Shown here piece by piece: positions 7,050 through 11,033 of a stretch of 11,033 nucleotides of DNA (within the stretch, counting starts at the first letter, position 1; every line of letters starts with the position of its first letter). Below the pieces are notes generated by a model that saw nothing but the letters and a program-made list of their open reading frames with translations, was not told the origin of the DNA and searched no databases. Position numbers and translations under genes: made by a program. The stretch covers positions 1 to 11,033 of the forward strand of contig JBBQYG010000138.1 in NCBI GenBank assembly GCA_038208905.1, given 5' to 3'. The DNA is from Candidatus Sumerlaeia bacterium. Its GTDB lineage: Bacteria; Sumerlaeota; Sumerlaeia; SLMS01.

Positions 7050-7649
7050 ATGACCACGAAGAAGACGTTGCTCCTTGCCGTCGCATCCACGCTGGTTGTC
7101 TCCACAGCTATTTCCGGCTGTGGTGCCAAGCGTGCCAGCTACCTAAGCAATACGGCCGACCTCGATCCCGAAGCTCAGAAAATCTGGACGCGACCCGTTG
7201 AGACCAGTATCAAGATCGGCATGACAGACACCGAGGGCTCCGCCTCTCAGACGATGCTCCTTGGATTCACTCTTAAGGGCGATAGCCCAGCTCAGAAATT
7301 CAGCTTCCTTTTCCTACGCATGGGAGACAACTACGACGTCGCTGGTTCACTTCAAGATCTCGGCCAACTGGACAACATTGCTATTTCTCGTGCCATCAGC
7401 GCGGCAACGGCGGATGGTCTGTACATCACGAAGATCGAATCTGATTCGAAGGGGCTTTGGCCCTTTTACGTCGAGCGCGACGTGACCGTCACGGGTAAGC
7501 CTATCAGTCTCGTCGATCTAGGTATGGTCGAGCAGGAGCGTTATGATCGGCGTGCCCTTTACGAGATCATCTTCGGTTCAGGCTCCGGTGATGGCATGAT
7601 GGACCTTCTCGAAGGCGAAGGTTCCATTCTCTCGAAGATCGGCTTCTAG
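7050..7649 (+). CDS. Uncharacterised lipoprotein (199 aa)
   Basis: MTTKK basic N-region, hydrophobic LLLAVASTLVVSTA, lipobox I-S-G-C. Purine-rich AGAGAGAG upstream. Start trimmed from 6912 to ATG 7050. Confidence 0.8.
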   Translation: MTTKKTLLLAVASTLVVSTAISGCGAKRASYLSNTADLDPEAQKIWTRPVETSIKIGMTDTEGSASQTMLLGFTLKGDSPAQKFSFLFLRMGDNYDVAGSLQDLGQLDNIAISRAISAATADGLYITKIESDSKGLWPFYVERDVTVTGKPISLVDLGMVEQERYDRRALYEIIFGSGSGDGMMDLLEGEGSILSKIGF

Positions 7650-7668
7650 TCGATCGGACCAACCATTG

Positions 7669-7709
7669 CCCCCGGCCCGAATCGCTGTTGCATGGATTCC
7701 GGCCGGGGG
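7669..7709. terminator. GC-rich hairpin after the lipoprotein gene, between convergent genes
   Basis: CCCCCGGCC-c-GAATC...GATTC-c-GGCCGGGGG, with a second hairpin CATGGTC/GACCATG at 7719-7741. No U-tract, so terminator function is uncertain. Confidence 0.4.
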
Positions 7710-7844
7710 GTAGCCTTGCATGGTCGGCAATCGTGACCATGAGTACGTCTTTCACGGTCGAATCTCGCTGAATTCAGGGTTCACATCGCGGAATTGTCTA
7801 TACGGAGTTCCGTGAATCCGAACGATGGTGGTAATGTCTGCCCG

Positions 7845-9242
7845 TCAAGCCTCCCTCACATGCTCCGCCGTAAACAACGCCTCCATGAAAAACTCTACCT
7901 TCGCATGAAGCTCCTCCCACTCCATCCCCGCCACAGAGTCCGCGACGATGCCACCACCCGCGTGGTACTCGATGCTTCCATCCACGCGAAACACGGCTGT
8001 GCGGATGGGGAGGTTGAGTTCCATGTCGCCGTCGGCGTCGATCCAGCCGAGGGCGCCGCAGTAGATGCCGCGCGGGGCTGTTTCGAGTTCGGCGATGATC
8101 TCCAGCGCGCGGCGCTTGGGGGCGCCGGTGACGCTGCCTCCGGGAAAGGTGGCGGCGAAGATCTGCTCCAGCGTCACCCCCGCGCGGAGCGTCCCCGCAA
8201 CGGTTGATTCGAGGTGTACCAGCCCCGGGTGCGCCGTCGCCCGCATCAGCGGATCCGCCTCCACGCTGCCGTAGAGACAAACCCGACCCAGGTCGTTGCG
8301 CTCCAGATCCACGATCATCACATGCTCCGCGCGGTCCTTTTCGCTGGAGAGGAGGTCCGCCTTGGCATCCACCACCCCGCTGAGATGCGTGGGAATAGCG
8401 CGCGTCCCCTTGATCGGGCGCGTCTCGATGCGGGCGCCGCGTCGGCGGAGGTAGAGCTCTGGGGAAAAGCTGGCGATCGTCGCCGTGGGCGTCAGAAAGA
8501 GCGCCCCATAGGCCGCGCCGCCGCGCTCCATCGCGATGTCGAAGACCGCTTCTGGCGAAACCGCCGAGCGCCCTGCGAGGGGCACCGTCAAGTTCACCTG
8601 ATAGGTGTCGCCCGCAGCCAGATACGCGCGGATGATCTCCACCAGCGCGGCGTGGGACTCGTGCCCGATCATTGGTTTCGGGTATTCGGCGGGAAACGGT
8701 GATGAGACCGGCCACGGAGTCAGCGGCGGAGCATCGTGCCCGGGGGCCGTTGCCGCCAACTCCGGCGCCCCCGCCATCCATCCCGCCGGGATGACGCCCG
8801 CATAGCCGACGCGCTCCGTGCCGCCCTGCGAGTCCGGGCGAAAGGCGTCGATGAAGATGGAGGCGAAGAACTCGTCGTCGCGGAGCGCACCCGCGTGGGG
8901 AAACGCGTGCTCGTGTGGGGTGAAGCGCTGGCCGAACTCATAGGTCGCCGCGATCATCGCGAGCGGGAAGGCCGGCTTCCCCGCCCCGGACCCCACCTTC
9001 GGGAGGCGAGCGCGGATCGCCGCGAGGACTTCCTCCAGCACCACCAGGGGCGAACGCTCCGACGCGTGAAATGGCGCCTCGGCCCCCGCCTGCCAGAGTG
9101 TCGTGACACCGCGCGCATACCTCAACAATACCAGTGGCGTCGTCAGCAGCAGGCACGGCGGGTCCCATCCACCCGGTCCGTTGGAGACCAGGATCGCGCC
9201 GCCCACCGTGGGCGCTCCCCCGCGCTTGCCTGAATCTGCCAT
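7845..9242 (-). CDS. pabB: Aminodeoxychorismate synthase component I (chorismate-binding MST family)
   Basis: Motifs GDTYQVNL, SFSPELYL, TRPIKGT (the Lys marks PabB, versus PIAGT in TrpE), KDRAEHVMIVDLERNDLGRV, FPGGSVTGAPK, RGIYCG, IRT and AGGGIVADS. Start estimated at ATG 9242 (465 aa), because 9416 would overlap the divergent nuclease gene. Confidence 0.88.
   Translation of the reverse strand: MADSGKRGGAPTVGGAILVSNGPGGWDPPCLLLTTPLVLLRYARGVTTLWQAGAEAPFHASERSPLVVLEEVLAAIRARLPKVGSGAGKPAFPLAMIAATYEFGQRFTPHEHAFPHAGALRDDEFFASIFIDAFRPDSQGGTERVGYAGVIPAGWMAGAPELAATAPGHDAPPLTPWPVSSPFPAEYPKPMIGHESHAALVEIIRAYLAAGDTYQVNLTVPLAGRSAVSPEAVFDIAMERGGAAYGALFLTPTATIASFSPELYLRRRGARIETRPIKGTRAIPTHLSGVVDAKADLLSSEKDRAEHVMIVDLERNDLGRVCLYGSVEADPLMRATAHPGLVHLESTVAGTLRAGVTLEQIFAATFPGGSVTGAPKRRALEIIAELETAPRGIYCGALGWIDADGDMELNLPIRTAVFRVDGSIEYHAGGGIVADSVAGMEWEELHAKVEFFMEALFTAEHVREA
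7851..7902 (-). repeat. Direct repeat copy 2: the functional pabB 3' end
   Basis: Encodes KVEFFMEALFTAEHVRE of pabB and is 47/52 identical to 6613-6664. Confidence 0.9.
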
Positions 9243-9345
9243 GGGTTTCGTTGAACTCGCTCTCGCTGAACTTGACCTTCTTGGCGGCCCTGCCCCATCC
9301 TCTGCCTCCAACCGTCCCAGACCGGGACACACTAGGGGGGCGCGC

Positions 9346-10029
9346 ATGGCGGGCAAGGGGCGAACAAGCAAGAAACGGGGCGGACGCAAGGGGGCGCCGC
9401 GTTCGCGCAAGATCATTCTCGCCGCGCTGTCGCTGCTCTTCGCCGTGCTGGGCGTCTCCGGCGTCGGCTACTACTACGCCCCATTTGCGGGCGTGCTGGA
9501 GAGCGGCGTCGAGCAGCTCGAAAACCTCCCCGCAAAAGTCAGCAAGGCATCTGCAAACCCCGCCGCCGGGGAGGCCTACTCCATCGTCCTGGTCAAGCGC
9601 GTCGTCGATGGCGACACCCTGGTGGTGGAGGCTGGTTCAAAGGAGGACCGAGTGCGGCTCATCTGCGTGGATACCCCCGAATCCGTCCACCCCGACCCGC
9701 GCAAGAATTCGCCCCTCGGCAAGCAGGCCTATGAATACACGCGCGGACGCCTGGAAAACCGCCAAGTCCGCCTCGCCAACGACGGCAAGGACACCTTCGA
9801 CCGCTACGGTCGCCGCCTCGCCTACGTCATGGTGGACGGAGCCAACTTCAACGTCGAACTCGTGAGGGAGGGCTACTCGGAATACTACGTCAAATACGGC
9901 AAGAGCCAACGCTTCGACCCCGACTTCCGCCGCGCCGAATCCGACGCCCGCGAATCCCGCCGGGGCCTCTGGAGCCCGGGGGCCGCCGACCTGCTCCCTC
10001 CCGCCCCCGAAGTGGCGATTAAGGATTAG
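9346..10029 (+). CDS. Thermonuclease (staphylococcal nuclease/SNase) family protein with N-terminal membrane anchor
   Basis: Motifs RVVDGDT, RVRLICVDTPE, DRYGRRLAYV, NVELVREGY and AESDARESRRGLW. Very basic N-terminus followed by one TM helix. AGGGGGG upstream of ATG 9346; 227 aa. Confidence 0.93.
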   Translation: MAGKGRTSKKRGGRKGAPRSRKIILAALSLLFAVLGVSGVGYYYAPFAGVLESGVEQLENLPAKVSKASANPAAGEAYSIVLVKRVVDGDTLVVEAGSKEDRVRLICVDTPESVHPDPRKNSPLGKQAYEYTRGRLENRQVRLANDGKDTFDRYGRRLAYVMVDGANFNVELVREGYSEYYVKYGKSQRFDPDFRRAESDARESRRGLWSPGAADLLPPAPEVAIKD

Positions 10030-10152
10030 GGGAACAGCGGGAAAAGCGGTAACGACGGGATCGACGGAAAGGGCGGAAACGACGGAAAAACCGCCACATT
10101 CCCCACGCTGTTCCGCCTTTCCCGCTTTTCCCGCCGTTCCTGCCTTTCCCCT
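10028..10152. repeat. Inverted arrays of degenerate 9-mers (GGGAAAAGC-like) filling the gap between convergent genes
   Basis: About 7 units on the plus strand (10029-10091) and about 5 inverted units (10106-10151). Perfect pairs are GCGGGAAAAGCGG 10037-10049 / 10122-10134 and GGAACAGCG 10031-10039 / 10106-10114. Confidence 0.8.
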
Positions 10153-10365
10153 TCACAACATCAGCCCCAATTCATACAGCGCCGCCAGCAGGCAAATCGT
10201 CACCATGATGGCATAGGCCAACATGCGTAGCTGGTCGGGGTTGAGGCGCGTCTTGACCTTCCCCTCGGCCTTGTCGGGTACTTCCCTCGCCAGAAAGGCG
10301 AGGCGGCCCATGATCGAGCCGACGATTACCAAGCTGACCACCACCAGGACCCAGAAGAAAATCAC
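10153..10365 (-). CDS. Small hypothetical membrane protein with two TM helices (70 aa)
   Basis: Two hydrophobic segments separated by a charged loop (REVPDKAEGKVKTRLNPDQLR). GTG start with GAGG upstream and GC-rich third positions. Confidence 0.7.
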   Translation of the reverse strand: MIFFWVLVVVSLVIVGSIMGRLAFLAREVPDKAEGKVKTRLNPDQLRMLAYAIMVTICLLAALYELGLML

Positions 10366-10391
10366 GCGCGCGCCTCGCTACCTGTGCCGGA

Positions 10392-11033
10392 ATGCCCCCG
10401 GGCGCGGCACGGGGCCAGTCGCCGAAGGCTGACGCCAGCATTCGCATCGTAAGCCGAAACTCAAGCGGGGAACCGGCCATCGCGCCGCTCGACGTGGTGG
10501 CGATCTGCCTGACGCCGCTGCTGGTCCTGTTGCAGGGCCACCGCTTTGGCGTGGGGAATCACGAGTTCCTTCTCGCCTCGATGCGACGTGCGCAGGATCC
10601 CACCTATCTCGTCAACGACTGGTTTCTCTCCACGCCCGCCCACCACCCGCTGCTGGTGGCGATTCTTGCCCCGCTTTCCGGTTCGGTCGGTGAGCCCGCC
10701 GCCCTGCTCGGCGTTCACCTCGCCACGCGGCTGCTCCTGCTCGCGGGGGTGTGGCGGCTGGCGATGGCGCTCGTTGGGGGCAACGCGTGGGTGGCGGTGG
10801 CCGCGATGGTGGCCACGTTCTTCGAGCCTCGCCTGCGCATCGGATCCCACTACCTGCAAGGCGGCCACTGGGAACCCGCCTTCCTCGGCATGGCATGCGC
10901 GGTGTGGATCGTCCTGCTGGCGATGCGTTTTGCCGGGGGCCGTCGCGGCGCGTGGCTCCCGCTTGTTCTCGTTGGGGGGGGTGGCATTGCCGCCCACCTC
11001 TTCATCTGCCTTCCCGTCTTCGGAATCGCGGTG
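10392..11033 (+). CDS. Polytopic membrane protein, DUF6798-like (5' part; runs off the window)
   Basis: Frame is open from ATG 10392 to the window end and is missing from the ORF track. Reads ...LLVLLQGHRFGVGNHEFLLASMRRAQDPTYLVNDWFLSTPAHHP... followed by several TM helices. Start uncertain (alternative GTG 10494). Confidence 0.75.
   Translation, partial: MPPGAARGQSPKADASIRIVSRNSSGEPAIAPLDVVAICLTPLLVLLQGHRFGVGNHEFLLASMRRAQDPTYLVNDWFLSTPAHHPLLVAILAPLSGSVGEPAALLGVHLATRLLLLAGVWRLAMALVGGNAWVAVAAMVATFFEPRLRIGSHYLQGGHWEPAFLGMACAVWIVLLAMRFAGGRRGAWLPLVLVGGGGIAAHLFICLPVFGIAV

Larger units (their letters stand above)
6665..7850. mobile_element. Putative integrated mini-island/cassette at the pabB 3' end (no integrase)
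   Basis: Bounded by the 52-bp direct repeats, which are offset by 1238 bp. Visibly lower GC (26/60 at 6841-6900) and weaker GC3 bias than the flanking genes. Carries a single gene. Confidence 0.6.

Noticed and set aside
7845..9242. trpE (anthranilate synthase) assignment
   Set aside because: The PIKGT motif indicates ADC synthase, and there is no trp gene context.
9103..9416. Overlapping long N-termini of pabB (from 9416) and the nuclease (from 9103)
   Set aside because: They would overlap head-to-head by over 300 nt. ATG 9242 and ATG 9346 give sensible proteins and a 103-bp spacer.
10461..10997. 178-aa and 94-aa minus-strand ORFs
   Set aside because: Shadows of the plus-strand membrane protein gene.

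Overview
High-GC bacterial chromosomal window with mostly housekeeping genes. From left to right it holds an exported MsrB-MsrA fusion (minus) divergent from a stand-alone infB (IF-2, with a long Pro/Gly/Arg repeat N-terminus and its own terminator), a remnant of a conserved hypothetical gene, and a DUF347/COG4705 membrane protein. Then come a mosaic accessory stretch (about 6180-7850), pabB, a membrane-anchored thermonuclease, a small 2-TM protein and the 5' part of a DUF6798-like polytopic membrane protein. The most notable signal is a 52-bp direct repeat (34 bp perfect) that duplicates the last codons of pabB. It brackets a 1.2-kb, lower-GC, integrase-free cassette carrying one orphan lipoprotein gene, which is the signature of an insertion at the pabB 3' end. 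Next to it lie a 163-bp IS5-like MITE with a TA duplication, a REP-type palindrome and several short-period intergenic repeats. Candidate sigma54, sigma70 and OmpR-box promoters were also identified by eye. I saw no CRISPR array, tRNA, rRNA, integrase or transposase. All family assignments rest on motif recognition, not database searches.
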